64,000 bases of DNA from an uncultured Bacteroidales bacterium (GTDB lineage: Bacteria > Bacteroidota > Bacteroidia > Bacteroidales > VadinHA17), in NCBI GenBank assembly GCA_963730615.1, contig CAVSSR010000006.1:488389-552388 (forward strand), read 5' to 3'. Under the pieces are notes generated by a model. That model did not search any database. It was not told where the DNA came from and saw nothing but the letters and a program-made list of their open reading frames with translations. The position numbers and the translations under genes are program-made. Shown in pieces: positions 1 through 9,794 of the stretch; position 1 is the stretch's first letter, and each line of letters starts with the position of its first letter.

Positions 1-537
1 GAAAGCTGTACAGCGCTTCCTTATGACATTGGTCAGAAAGCGAAGGGGTTCACTGAGTGAGGTGCCTGACGACTGCGGCTCAAAGCTCAGCATCTCGCGC
101 ACTATTCGCAGCATATGAGCCCTTCCCTTCTTGGGGGGAATATATTTCTCCACTTTGTCAGAGAAGAGTATCAGGCCCACTTTATCGTTATTGGCAATCA
201 CGGAATATGCAAGAACTGCTGCTATCTCCGTCATCATCTCACGCTTGGTGCCTGACACGGTGCCGAAGTCGCCTGACCGGCTGACATCGACAAGCAGCAT
301 CACTGTGAGTTCGCGCTCTTCCTCAAAGATCTTTACATAAGGATGTCCGAACCGGGCTGTCACATTCCAGTCGATACTGCGTATGTCGTCACCGAACTGA
401 TACTCACGTACCTCGCTGAAGGCCATGCCTCTCCCGCGGAAAGCGCTGTGATACTCCCCTGCAAAGATCTGGCGTGTCAGACCACGTGATCTTATTTCGA
501 TTTTCCTGACCTTCTTAAGCAGCTCTGTCGTTTCCAC
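1..537 (-). CDS. DUF58 (vWA-like) domain protein, MoxR/Bat-operon partner; C-terminal part lies beyond the window edge
   Basis: Own minus-strand translation; it is absent from the ORF track because it is open at the window edge. Sequence: VETTELLKKVRKIEIRSRGLTRQIFAGEYHSAFRGRGMAFSEVREYQFGDDIRSIDWNVTARFGHPYVKIFEEERELTVMLLVDVS..., which carries typical DUF58 core motifs. Probable GTG start at 537. It lies downstream of a MoxR ATPase. Confidence 0.75.
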   Translation of the reverse strand, partial: METTELLKKVRKIEIRSRGLTRQIFAGEYHSAFRGRGMAFSEVREYQFGDDIRSIDWNVTARFGHPYVKIFEEERELTVMLLVDVSRSGDFGTVSGTKREMMTEIAAVLAYSVIANNDKVGLILFSDKVEKYIPPKKGRAHMLRIVREMLSFEPQSSGTSLSEPLRFLTNVIRKRCTAF

Positions 538-934
538 TTTTCCCCTTTTGCTGTGTCCTCTGATAGGTTATTGTAAAAAACCAGGTCTCATTTTTAAGAC
601 GTATCGATATTTCATCGCCTCCTGACCTGTGGGTCCAACTGTCTTTTTCCGCCGGCTTATAGAGACTGTCGAGTTCATTTCTCTTGACATCAAGAAAACT
701 GTTGTCACAGGTTATCCTTACCCCGTTGCATTTTCCTTTTTCATCGATGAAAATGACCCAGGTCTCGTTCTCGTTTCCGGAGGAATATTTAAGGTATCTG
801 AATGTGTCGTTCTTTACTTTGTTGTCTATTGTCAGGCCAGGGTTCTCCTTTGACATGATCATCCTGATGTTATGTTCATTCAGGCCAATGAAATCCTGTG
901 CCCTGACAGAGCAGAATGAAATGATAAGCAGCAA
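515..934 (-). CDS. hypothetical small secreted protein (no recognisable family)
   Basis: ORF 515..934 with a TTG start as listed. The hydrophobic N-terminus LLIISFCSVRAQD resembles the end of a signal peptide. An ATG at 956 is out of frame, so a frameshifted N-terminus is possible. The gene is wedged between moxR and DUF58 and overlaps the DUF58 start by 23 nt. Confidence 0.4.
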   Translation of the reverse strand: MLLIISFCSVRAQDFIGLNEHNIRMIMSKENPGLTIDNKVKNDTFRYLKYSSGNENETWVIFIDEKGKCNGVRITCDNSFLDVKRNELDSLYKPAEKDSWTHRSGGDEISIRLKNETWFFTITYQRTQQKGKSGNDRAA

Positions 935-961
935 TATGATCGAGTGCTCTTTTCATTCTTC

Positions 962-1957
962 CTACGGAACTTCAACAGTGTTAAGTATCTCTGTAATTAT
1001 CTGGTCCTGAGTTATATTCTCGGCTTCGGCTTCATAGGTGAGTCCAATTCGGTGTCTCAGCACATCGGCGCAGAGGAACCGTACGTCTTCAGGTACCACA
1101 AAGCCTCTTCTCTTAATGAAGGCGAATGCTTTTGCCGCCAGTGCCAGGTTAATGCCTCCCCTGGGCGATGCGCCGTAGGAAATCAGCGGAGAGAATTTTG
1201 ACAGTCCGAATTTCTCCGGCTCCCTTGTGGCGAAGATAATATCAAGGATATAGTTTTCGATCTTTTCATCAAGATAGACCTCCCTCACCACACTGCGCGC
1301 CCTCATGATATCATCAGGCTTCAGGATGCTCTTTGCCGTCGGGAATTCGCTTGCCAGGTTCTCACGGATGATCATCCTCTCTTCTTCTTTTTCAGGATAA
1401 GTGATCACCACCTTGAGCATGAACCTGTCGACCTGGGCCTCGGGAAGCGGATAGGTCCCCTCCTGCTCAATGGGGTTCTGTGTGGCAAGAACGATGAATG
1501 GTTCGTCGAGCTTGTAGGTGTTTTCGCCTATTGTAACCTGTCTCTCCTGCATTGCCTCGAGCAGTGCACTCTGCACTTTTGCCGGTGAGCGGTTTATCTC
1601 GTCGGCAAGAATGAAGTTTGCAAATATCGGGCCCTTGCGGACAACAAACTCCTCCTTCTTCTGACTGTATATCATCGTTCCGATGAGGTCAGCCGGAAGG
1701 AGATCGGGGGTAAACTGTATCCTGCTGAACTTCGTATCAATGATCGAAGCCAGGGTTTTTATGGCCAGCGTCTTCGCCAGGCCCGGAACTCCCTCAAGCA
1801 GTATGTGACCGTTGGAGAGCAGTCCTATGAGCAGTGAATCAGTCAGATGACGCTGCCCGACAATGACCTTGTTTATCTCCTGCCTCAGCAGATCAACGAA
1901 GGCACTTTCCTTTTCGATCTTCTCATTCAGAAGCCTGATATCTGTTGTGTGTTCCAT
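962..1957 (-). CDS. moxR: MoxR-family AAA+ ATPase
   Basis: ORF 962..2008; the likely start is the ATG at 1957 (MEHTTDIRLLNEKIEKE...). Walker A is GVPGLAKT and Walker B is LADEINR. The FMLKVVITYP region is typical of MoxR/AAA_3 proteins. Confidence 0.9.
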   Translation of the reverse strand: MEHTTDIRLLNEKIEKESAFVDLLRQEINKVIVGQRHLTDSLLIGLLSNGHILLEGVPGLAKTLAIKTLASIIDTKFSRIQFTPDLLPADLIGTMIYSQKKEEFVVRKGPIFANFILADEINRSPAKVQSALLEAMQERQVTIGENTYKLDEPFIVLATQNPIEQEGTYPLPEAQVDRFMLKVVITYPEKEEERMIIRENLASEFPTAKSILKPDDIMRARSVVREVYLDEKIENYILDIIFATREPEKFGLSKFSPLISYGASPRGGINLALAAKAFAFIKRRGFVVPEDVRFLCADVLRHRIGLTYEAEAENITQDQIITEILNTVEVP

Positions 1958-2050
1958 GGTAATTATTATGTTGTTTCTACTCTGCGGAAAAACATCCGCA
2001 AAGATCATTTCATATAATAAAATATAGTGTTAAAGATTGTTAAAGAAGTG

Positions 2051-3206
2051 TTAAAGCTGTTGGCCGAACCCGGAGTGTTTGAAAAGCCTTACCATGATTA
2101 TCAGGACCAGCGGTATAAGGGCGGGATTAATGCCCTGTCCTGCTATAAGTGATACAGGAATCCACAGTAATGAAATAATAAACGCGATCCTGCTGATCTT
2201 TACCGCCTTCTTGCCTGCCAGGATGAAACCCGTCAGCACAGGAATCAGTGGATTGATACCCAGGATAAGCAGGTTAAAATGGAGGGCATCGTGCTCGGAG
2301 AAGAAATTGGTGAATATAAGCAGAAGGGCCAGAACCGAATATATAATATAGAGAACAATATCAGTAATGCGTCCCAGTAATGGCTTGCCGAGGACGAAAG
2401 TGACAAGTATGACAAAGAGCAGAACGAGGTAAAACACAAGCTGCGGCATCCACGTCCGGGCTCCGGTTGCGACAGCGGGCATGTCAACGACTGTAACAGG
2501 ATCTCCTACAATTGGTTCACGATTACCTTCATGAACAATGACGGAGGCCGACAGGTTTTCCATCAGGTAGGCCGGAAGGAACATTTCATCGGCCGGTGAA
2601 GCCTTTCTGTCAGCCTGTAGTCCGAGAAGCATGTCAGCCCCGAAATCTATCCATGGTAATACTTTCTGGTTGGGGTCAACGAGCTGCCTGAAACTCTTTT
2701 GCTTCTCCTTTACCGGGAAGATGATTGTATCTGATGCTGAAGCAACAAGGATGTCGCGGATGCGTGTGGCGCAGTTGTCAAAGAAAAAGTCATACCTGTA
2801 TTTGACGTTTTCGGGCTTCAGGTTCTCGTTTATCAGGGAGAAAAGCTTCTCTTTTTCAGCGGTGGTGAGATTAAGAGGCTGAGACCATACAGCACGCCCC
2901 TCGGTGACATATTCGTAAATGAATGTGTCATAACTGTATGAACCCAGCATATAGTCAAGTCTTCCCTTTGCAAAGCGGAATGCAAAATTCGGAGTTGAGA
3001 AGTCGAATATGCCCCAGTTGTACACCCTGTCAATTTCAGTGCCCCTTACACATGACACGCAGTGCGGTATGCCCGTAGATGGAGTAGGTTGCATTGCCCG
3101 GAGCACAGGTAAGGAGATAGACATCTGCATTCTCAGCCACCTGTGCACTGGTGAGCTGACATAACAGCATCGTAAACAGGAAGGACAGAAGTGCGGTTCT
3201 TTTCAT
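2051..3206 (-). pseudogene. DUF4105 family membrane protein (periplasmic N-domain plus polytopic C-terminus), one frameshift near 3045-3060
   Basis: ORF 2051..3148 carries VYNWGIFDF...FRFAKGRLDYMLG followed by several TM helices. The true N-terminus MKRTALLSFLFTMLLCQLTSAQVAENADVYLLTCAPGNATYSIYGHTALRVMCKG starts at ATG 3206 in another frame. Confidence 0.7.
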
Positions 3207-3248
3207 TTGAAGCGATTAACTATGTAAACGTAATAAAAAAAATGAAAT

Positions 3249-4743
3249 TTACTTTTCTTCAGCCCATGCATTGGCTGCCCTGACGGCACGGTTCCATCCC
3301 TTGATCAGGGAGACTGTCTCTTCAGGTTTTATTGCCGGAGAGAACGTCCTGTCCATCTGCCACTGCCTCCTGATTTCATCAGGACCGCTCCAGTACCCGG
3401 TTGCAAGTCCTGCCAGGTAAGCAGCACCGAGGGCAGTGGTCTCAGTGATCTTCGGACGTACGACACATGCCTGCAGCAGGTCAGCCTGAAATTGCATGAG
3501 ACTGTTATTGACAGTGGCTCCGCCATCAACTCTTAACTCCTTGATATCTATGTTTGAATCATTCTTCATTGCAAGTAAAACATCAAGTGTCTGATAGGCA
3601 ATGCTGTCGAGTGCGGCACGGGCAATATGCGCTGCCGTTGAACCCCGGGTAAGACCTGTAATCGTTCCCCGTGTATGCTGATTCCAGTACGGCGCACCCA
3701 ATCCTGCAAAGGCAGGTACGAAATATACACCCTCGCTCGACTGCACCTTTGCCGCCAGTTTTTCAACATCCGCAGATGATTTGATAACACCCAGGCTGTC
3801 GCGGAGCCACTGCACCACGGCACCGGCAATAAATATGCTCCCTTCAAGGGCATAATCAGTCCTGTCACCTATCTTCCATGCCACCGTGGTCAGTAGCCTG
3901 TTCTTCGACTCTATCGGTCTGGTTCCGATATTCATCATCATGAAGCACCCTGTCCCGTATGTATTCTTAACCATACCCTGATCAACGCACATCTGGCCGA
4001 AGAGAGCAGCCTGCTGATCTCCTGCTATGCCTGCGACCGGGATCTGCGACAGGAATGTACCGGATGTAATTCCGTAGATCTCGCTGGAAGACCGTACTTC
4101 AGGCAGCATGCTTGCCGGAATATCAAATATCCTGAGAAGTTCTTCATCCCATGTCAGTGTGTGTATATTGAAAAGCATGGTCCTGGAAGCATTCGATACA
4201 TCTGTTATGTGCAGCCTGCCCTCAGTAAGTTTCCATACAAGCCATGTGTCTATTGTACCGAAGGCCAGCTCACCCCTTTCTGCCATGAGCCCGTGCACCG
4301 CTGACATTCTCCAGGATCCATCTGATCTTGGTAGCGGAAAAATAAGCGTCCGCAATAAGTCCGGTTTTCTCAACGATAACCTTGTCAAGTCCCTCCTCTT
4401 TCAGCTGGTCGCAATAGGCTGATGTCCGCCTGTCCTGCCAGACAATGGCATTATATACTGGTTTTCCGGTCTTTCTGTTCCAGACAACTGTCGTTTCACG
4501 CTGGTTTGTGATGCCTATCGCCGCAATGTCGGAACTTTCTATTCCGGCTCTGGCCATTGCCTCAAGTGCCACACCTGTCTGGGTTGACCATATCTCTTCG
4601 GGGTCATGTTCAACCCATCCCGGTTGCGGAAAATTCTGTTTAAATTCCTTCTGGGCAGTGGCAACAGGTAATCCGCTGTTATTAAATACAATAGCTCTGG
4701 AACTGGTTGTTCCCTGGTCAAGGGCGAGGATATATTTCTTCAT
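3249..4743 (-). pseudogene. glpK: glycerol kinase, one frameshift at a C3 run (about 4290-4292)
   Basis: Fragments 4270..4788 ([20 protein letters not shown]... from ATG 4743) and 3249..4388 (...[27 protein letters not shown]...). Removing one base of the run restores [14 protein letters not shown]. Confidence 0.92.
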
Positions 4744-4959
4744 TTGAGTATTTCCGGATTTTGAAAATGACATCCTAAGATAATGCAATTTTTAAGACCT
4801 ATGGGGGGATTGAGGTCGCCTGTCATTGTTGGCGCTTCCATGCTGATGTCACGGTGGCTCACGTTCTGTCAGTACTTTCTGATGCAATATTTGCTGAGAG
4901 TACAATATTGTTTTTCGAATGTTAAGATGTAAATTTGATTGTTGCATAAATTATCTGTC

Positions 4960-5592
4960 ATGAAAGGAAATTATGTCATAACAATCGGCCGGCAACTGGG
5001 CAGCGGAGGCCGGGATATAGGTCATAAGCTGGCCGCCCAGTTGAACCTGTTGTTCTTTGATAAGGAACTGATCAGGATTGCTGCGCAGGAGAGCGGTATT
5101 AAAGAAGATATTTTCGAAGAGGCTGATGAGAAAAAGACAAACACTCTCTTCGGGGGGTTACTTGATCTGCGGGGGTTTCTGACGGATGATGCCTATGGCA
5201 ATTATTATCTGAGCAACGAGAAGCTGTTTAAGATCCAGAGCGATGTAATACGCAAGCTTGCCGGGGAGAAATCGTGCCTCATCGTAGGGCGGTGCGCCGA
5301 TTATGTGCTCAAGGATCACCCCCGATGCCTGAAGGTGTTTGTCAGTGCAGACATGAGTGACCGGATCAGACGCGTTGTTGCCGTTCAGAATATCAGTGAA
5401 AGCAAAGCGGAAGAATTTATCCAGAAAATGGATAGAAAACGTGCTGAATATTACAGCTACTTCAGCGGAAGGGTATGGGGAGCGGCTCAGTCATATGACC
5501 TGTGTATCAACTCCTCCTTCCTCGGAATTGATGAGACTGTTTCAGTTATCCGGAGTATTGCGGAGAAAAGATTTTTACCGATGTCGACATAA
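4960..5592 (+). CDS. cytidylate kinase-like family protein (P-loop NTPase)
   Basis: ORF 4939..5592; likely ATG at 4960 (MKGNYVITIGRQLGSGGRDIGHKLA...). The GSGG P-loop-like motif and overall layout fit the cytidylate-kinase-like family. Confidence 0.65.
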   Translation: MKGNYVITIGRQLGSGGRDIGHKLAAQLNLLFFDKELIRIAAQESGIKEDIFEEADEKKTNTLFGGLLDLRGFLTDDAYGNYYLSNEKLFKIQSDVIRKLAGEKSCLIVGRCADYVLKDHPRCLKVFVSADMSDRIRRVVAVQNISESKAEEFIQKMDRKRAEYYSYFSGRVWGAAQSYDLCINSSFLGIDETVSVIRSIAEKRFLPMST

Positions 5593-5736
5593 GGGAAACA
5601 CCGACTGCTTTATCATTGAACAATGTCACAGTATCGCCTTCGTATTTAAATCCCGGAGTGTAAAGCACCGGCAGGTAACGTCTTATTAAAAGTTGACAGG
5701 AGTATTTTTTTAAATTTATGCCAGATAAATAATTTT

Positions 5737-6816
5737 ATGGACAAGATAATGGGGTTTCTTGCACCGGTCGTGATCATGGCCGTAATCTTTATTCTCAATG
5801 CATTCCTTCCCGGCAGATGGGTCAGCGGCTATATACCAAAGCCGGGATCACTTGAAAAAATGAGATATCATCTTAATGGAATATTTGTGTTCTTAGTGAT
5901 GGTTGGCTTATGGGTGGTGCTTGGAAAAACGGATATTGTTTCCTTTGATTATCTGTATCACTACAGATGGTATGGCCTCGCAGGAGCATGCGTGCTGGGT
6001 ATAATTTTCAGCCTCGTTCTGGTATTGCCCCGAAATCCTGTCAGACAGTCGTTGGCAGCAGATCTCTTCTTTGGGAGAACAGAAAACCTCCAGCTCCTGA
6101 AAGGAAGGGTAGACATGAAAATGTGGCTCTACCTTGCAGGAGCAACGATGCTTGAACTTAACGTTCTTAGTTTCACCGCCTATCACCTTGTAACCTATGG
6201 TGACGCTTCATCTTTTGGAATAATCCTGTCTGCCTGTCTGTTGACTTTTTTCCTGGTTGAATATCTCATATTTGAGGAGGTGCACCTTTATACTTATGAC
6301 CTGTTTGCTGAGAGGATAGGCTTCAAGCTGGGATGGGGGTGCATTGTGTTCTATCCTTACTTCTATCCTGTAGCCCTGTGGTCCACTGTCGCCCTGCCTG
6401 ATCCCGGGACTCCCGTCTGGCTTCTTGTACTGTATGCAGTCATATTCTTCTCAGGATGGGTGCTGGCCAGAGGCGCCAACCTGCAGAAGTATTTTTTCAA
6501 GCGAGACCCGGATAGATCATTTCTTGGCATAGAGCCGAGGATCATCGGGGATGGCAATAAGAAACTCCTGGTGAACGGTTTCTGGGGCATCAGCAGGCAC
6601 ATTAATTACCTCGGTGAGATACTTATGGCGACGGGTATCATACTTTGCACCGGTTATCCTGGTATGATATGGCCCTGGCTATACCCGCTCTACTACGTCC
6701 TGCTCCTCTTTACAAGGCAGCATGATGATGACAGGCGTTGTTCAGCGAAATACGGTGAGCTCTGGAATGAATATAAAAAGAGAGTGCCCTGGCGGATAAT
6801 CCCGCATATCTGGTGA
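5737..6816 (+). CDS. ERG4/ERG24 sterol-reductase-like (DUF1295-type) polytopic membrane oxidoreductase
   Basis: 359-aa ORF with about 8 hydrophobic segments. The C-terminus GISRHINYLGEIL...FTRQHDDDRRCSAKYGELWNEYKKRVPWRIIP resembles the conserved C-terminal sterol-reductase signature. Confidence 0.65.
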   Translation: MDKIMGFLAPVVIMAVIFILNAFLPGRWVSGYIPKPGSLEKMRYHLNGIFVFLVMVGLWVVLGKTDIVSFDYLYHYRWYGLAGACVLGIIFSLVLVLPRNPVRQSLAADLFFGRTENLQLLKGRVDMKMWLYLAGATMLELNVLSFTAYHLVTYGDASSFGIILSACLLTFFLVEYLIFEEVHLYTYDLFAERIGFKLGWGCIVFYPYFYPVALWSTVALPDPGTPVWLLVLYAVIFFSGWVLARGANLQKYFFKRDPDRSFLGIEPRIIGDGNKKLLVNGFWGISRHINYLGEILMATGIILCTGYPGMIWPWLYPLYYVLLLFTRQHDDDRRCSAKYGELWNEYKKRVPWRIIPHIW

Positions 6817-6843
6817 CTCCTTTGTCAGGAAAGCATACCTGCT

Positions 6844-7641
6844 TTATATCCCGTACATTTTCCGGGTGTTGTCTCCCATAATCTTTACTGCTGTCCGGCG
6901 AGGCAGAAACCTCTGCATAATGAATGAGGCGAACCTGTTACCCCGGCCGGTGATTAATGAAGGCATCCGGCCAAGCCCGGAGAGACACTCTTTGACAACC
7001 TCATCGGGCATTTGTACCGGCGGAGCGAACAGTGGTGCTTTCCCGGGTTTTGAGTTGATATAACCTGGTGTTGCGGTTGCCCCGGCGCAACATGCTATGA
7101 CATCGACACCTTTATCCTTCCACTCATACCAGAGGCTTTCGGCCAGTACCCTGCTGAAGGCTTTTGTCGCTGCATAGGTGGCCAGATAACCGCTGCCCTG
7201 GAATCCTGCCATTGATGACATCAGAACGATTGCTCCTCTTCCTTTTTCAACCATCTTTCCTCCGAAGTGATGAACCAGTTTCAACGGAGTGATCATATTC
7301 AGTCTGGCGGCCTGATCGTGGCCTCGTGACGGGTGCCCGAGGAAGGCACCGATATGTGAAAGTGCGGCATTATAAACCAGAAAGTCAATTTCCTGTCCGT
7401 TAAGCGTTTCTGTCAACTTCTCTGCTGCCTCTTCGTCAGACAGGTCACAATCCATACACCTGACCCTGACTTTATACCTGTCAGCTAGAATGTCAGCCAG
7501 TTTTTGCAGGGGCTCCGCCCTCCTGGCAATAAGGATTAAATTGAACCCTTCTGCTGCCAGGGAAGAAGCAAATGCAGCTCCTATTCCTTCGGATGCACCT
7601 GCTATCAGTGCTGTGCTGCCGTATTTATTTGTTAAGCTCAT
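6844..7641 (-). CDS. SDR-family short-chain dehydrogenase/reductase
   Basis: ORF 6844..7647; ATG at 7641. The cofactor motif is ALIAGASEGIG. A YAATK motif provides the catalytic Y-x3-K, preceded by MSSMAG. Confidence 0.85.
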   Translation of the reverse strand: MSLTNKYGSTALIAGASEGIGAAFASSLAAEGFNLILIARRAEPLQKLADILADRYKVRVRCMDCDLSDEEAAEKLTETLNGQEIDFLVYNAALSHIGAFLGHPSRGHDQAARLNMITPLKLVHHFGGKMVEKGRGAIVLMSSMAGFQGSGYLATYAATKAFSRVLAESLWYEWKDKGVDVIACCAGATATPGYINSKPGKAPLFAPPVQMPDEVVKECLSGLGRMPSLITGRGNRFASFIMQRFLPRRTAVKIMGDNTRKMYGI

Positions 7642-7685
7642 ATTCAAATATATTATTTACCGGCATAAGTTTTTCACCCCGGAGC

Positions 7686-7714
7686 AAAAATAAGTCCCGC
7701 TGTGCAGGCGGGAC
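7686..7714 (-). terminator. second (distal) copy of the csp terminator
   Basis: Hairpin GTCCCGC...GCGGGAC at 7694-7714. On the minus strand it is followed by TTATTTTT, a weaker U-tract than the proximal copy. Confidence 0.55.
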
Positions 7715-7750
7715 CAAGGTCATCAAAGCAGATGTTTTTCACCCCGGAGC

Positions 7751-7780
7751 AAAAAAAAAGTCCCGCCGTACAGGCGGGAC
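7751..7780 (-). terminator. rho-independent terminator (proximal) downstream of csp
   Basis: Stem GTCCCGCC (7760-7767) pairs with GGCGGGAC (7773-7780) around a 5-nt loop. On the minus strand a run of 9 T follows (plus-strand A-run 7751-7759). Confidence 0.8.
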
Positions 7781-7811
7781 CAAGGTCATTAAATGTGCAT
7801 TATATTTTCAA

Positions 7812-8003
7812 CTATGCAAGTTTCACATTAACGGCATTTAATCCTTTTTTACCTTCCTGGAGATCGAATGTTACTTCGTCATTCTCTTTGATTCTGTCGA
7901 TGAGACCTGATGAATGCACAAAATACTCTTTAGGTGAGTTGGCGTCCTTGATAAATCCAAATCCTTTGGATTCATTGAAAAATTTAACAATTCCTTTGTT
8001 CAT
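7812..8003 (-). CDS. csp: cold-shock protein (CspA family)
   Basis: 63 aa: MNKGIVKFFNESKGFGFIKD...EVTFDLQEGKKGLNAVNV. The RNP1 motif KGFGFI is present. Confidence 0.95.
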   Translation of the reverse strand: MNKGIVKFFNESKGFGFIKDANSPKEYFVHSSGLIDRIKENDEVTFDLQEGKKGLNAVNVKLA

Positions 8004-8107
8004 GATATTTATTTAAATTACGGCGCAAATGTAATGGGTATTTTTTAATAATGTATCATTAAATGGATTTTTTATTAAAAAATATCTCAGCGAACAGGAA
8101 TTGGCGG

Positions 8108-9556
8108 CTAATTTTTCCAGAAGGATCTGGTAAAGAGCGCGACGACAGGGAACAGCTCAAGACGGCCCAGGAACATCAGAACAATCATGGTCAGCTTTCC
8201 CGTAATGTTGAAATGTGCAAAATTACCCATATTTCCGGATGCACCGAGACCCGGACCAATGCCTGCCATAGAAGTTGCGGCAGCACCGGCTGACTCCTGT
8301 ATTGGAATGCCTGAGACAACCATAATAAGAGTTCCGATTACAAAGATGATCAGATACAGTTGAATGAATACCGTCATCAGATGATTAATATCTTCAGGTA
8401 CGATCTTGCCGTTAAGTTTTACTAGTGCAACAGCATTCGGATGCTGAAGCTTGACGATCACACCTCGAAGGTTCTTCAGTGAAATAAGGTGCCGTGCCAT
8501 CTTGATGCCTCCTGTCGTTGACCCGGTCGATCCTCCGGCGAACATCAGAAGGAACATAAAGAAAATGCCTGCATATGGCCATACCGTATAGTCTGTAGTA
8601 GCAAATCCCGTACAGGATATCTGTGAAATTACCTGAAAGATAGCATGACGAAAAGATTCTTCAAATGGTCTCTCTGTTCCGGTAAAAAGTACAAGGGTAA
8701 CAAAGACAACAGCTGCAGTAGTGAAAAAAATATAGAACCAAAACTCCTCATTACTCTCAATCTGCCTGAATTTTCTTTTAACCAGGTAATAATAGACAAC
8801 ATAGCTGGTGGCAGCGAGAAACATGTATAGGGTTATAACATACTGAATATAGGGAGAATACCCTGCAATGCTTGTATTCTTTGTTGAGAACCCCCCTGTT
8901 GCAACTGTACCGAATGAATGGCAAATACTGTCAAAGAAATCCATTCCGCCCAGAGTGAGCAGGACAATCTCTGATATTGTTAATGCCCAGATATATGAAC
9001 AGTATTGCTCTGGCAATTGATTTGGTCTTAGGGAGAAGCTTCTGCTTAACGGACGATTCAAGTGAAAAAAGATTGTATCCTCCCACTTTGAGTTTTGGCA
9101 GAACAATTATAACCAGCAGGATAATGCCTATACCCCCTATCCAATGCGTAAGGCTGCGCCAGAAAAGCATTGATTTGGGCAGACTTTCAACATCTGTTAA
9201 TATTGAAGCCCCTGTAGTTGTAAACCCTGACACTGTCTCAAACAGGATGTTTATATATCCTTTTATTTCACCACTAAAAAAATAAGGCAGCGTTCCGGCA
9301 ACGATCAAGGTGAGCCAGCCAAATGACGACTGCCAGGTAGCCTTCCTTTGTTGTCACCTTTTCCTGTAATGAACTACGGATAACGAAATAAAGCAAGCAA
9401 CCCGGGTATCAGAGTGGTGACGAATGCCAGAATAAAGTGAATAAAGGGCTCTGAGTAGATAAGCGCAACGGGAACACACAGGAGAATGGAAGCTGAGGTA
9501 ATAATCATTATAAGACCAGCTATCTTCAGGACGGTTTTGAAGTTGATTGTTCTCAT
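8108..9556 (-). pseudogene. trkH: TrkH-family potassium uptake protein, at least two frameshifts
   Basis: Fragments 9374..9556 (N-terminal TM segments), 8931..9308 (FETVSGFTTTGASIL) and 8108..9106 (FGTVATGGFSTKN...GGSTGSTTGGIK). Confidence 0.85.
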
Positions 9557-9641
9557 TTCCTCCAGTGAACCGTAATCGAATAATCAAACCACTTTTCTGT
9601 GCCCATTTGAATGGAGGAGGCAATAACGCTCCAGGATCTTG

Positions 9642-9716
9642 TGATTCCGGCGCGATTCGAACGCGCGACCCACAGCTTAGAAGGCTGTTGCTCTAATCCA
9701 ACTGAGCTACGGAACC
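9642..9716 (-). tRNA. tRNA-Arg (anticodon TCT)
   Basis: Minus-strand read GGTTCCGTAGCTCAGTTGGATTAGAGCAACAGCCTTCTAAGCTGTGGGTCGCGCGTTCGAATCGCGCCGGAATCA. The 7-bp acceptor stem is intact, the anticodon loop is CTTCTAA and the T-arm is GCGCG-TTCGAAT-CGCGC. No CCA is encoded. Confidence 0.9.
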
Positions 9717-9794
9717 GTTCAGCGGTTAAAAAAACCGCCGCAAATATAATCACATTTTTCTGTTTCCCAACAGAATAGCAGTGAGCGGAACAGA

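Larger units (their letters stand above)
7670..7799. repeat. tandem duplication, two copies of about 65 bp, each carrying a GC-rich hairpin
   Basis: Copy 1 starts at 7670 and copy 2 at 7735. Both read tttttcaccccggagcaaaa..gtcccgc..gcaggcgggaccaaggtcat, with only a few differences between them. Confidence 0.85.

Noticed and set aside
57-340. Plus-strand ORFs 57..284 and 131..340 at the window start
   Set aside because: Both lie antisense to a clearly recognisable DUF58 coding sequence on the minus strand and have no family resemblance. They are shadow ORFs.
7572-8016. ORFs 7572..7841 and 7702..8016 spanning the duplicated terminator region and csp
   Set aside because: They run through hairpin and A-run sequence and antisense to csp, and their repeated peptide segments simply mirror the 65-bp DNA duplication. 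They are not credible genes.
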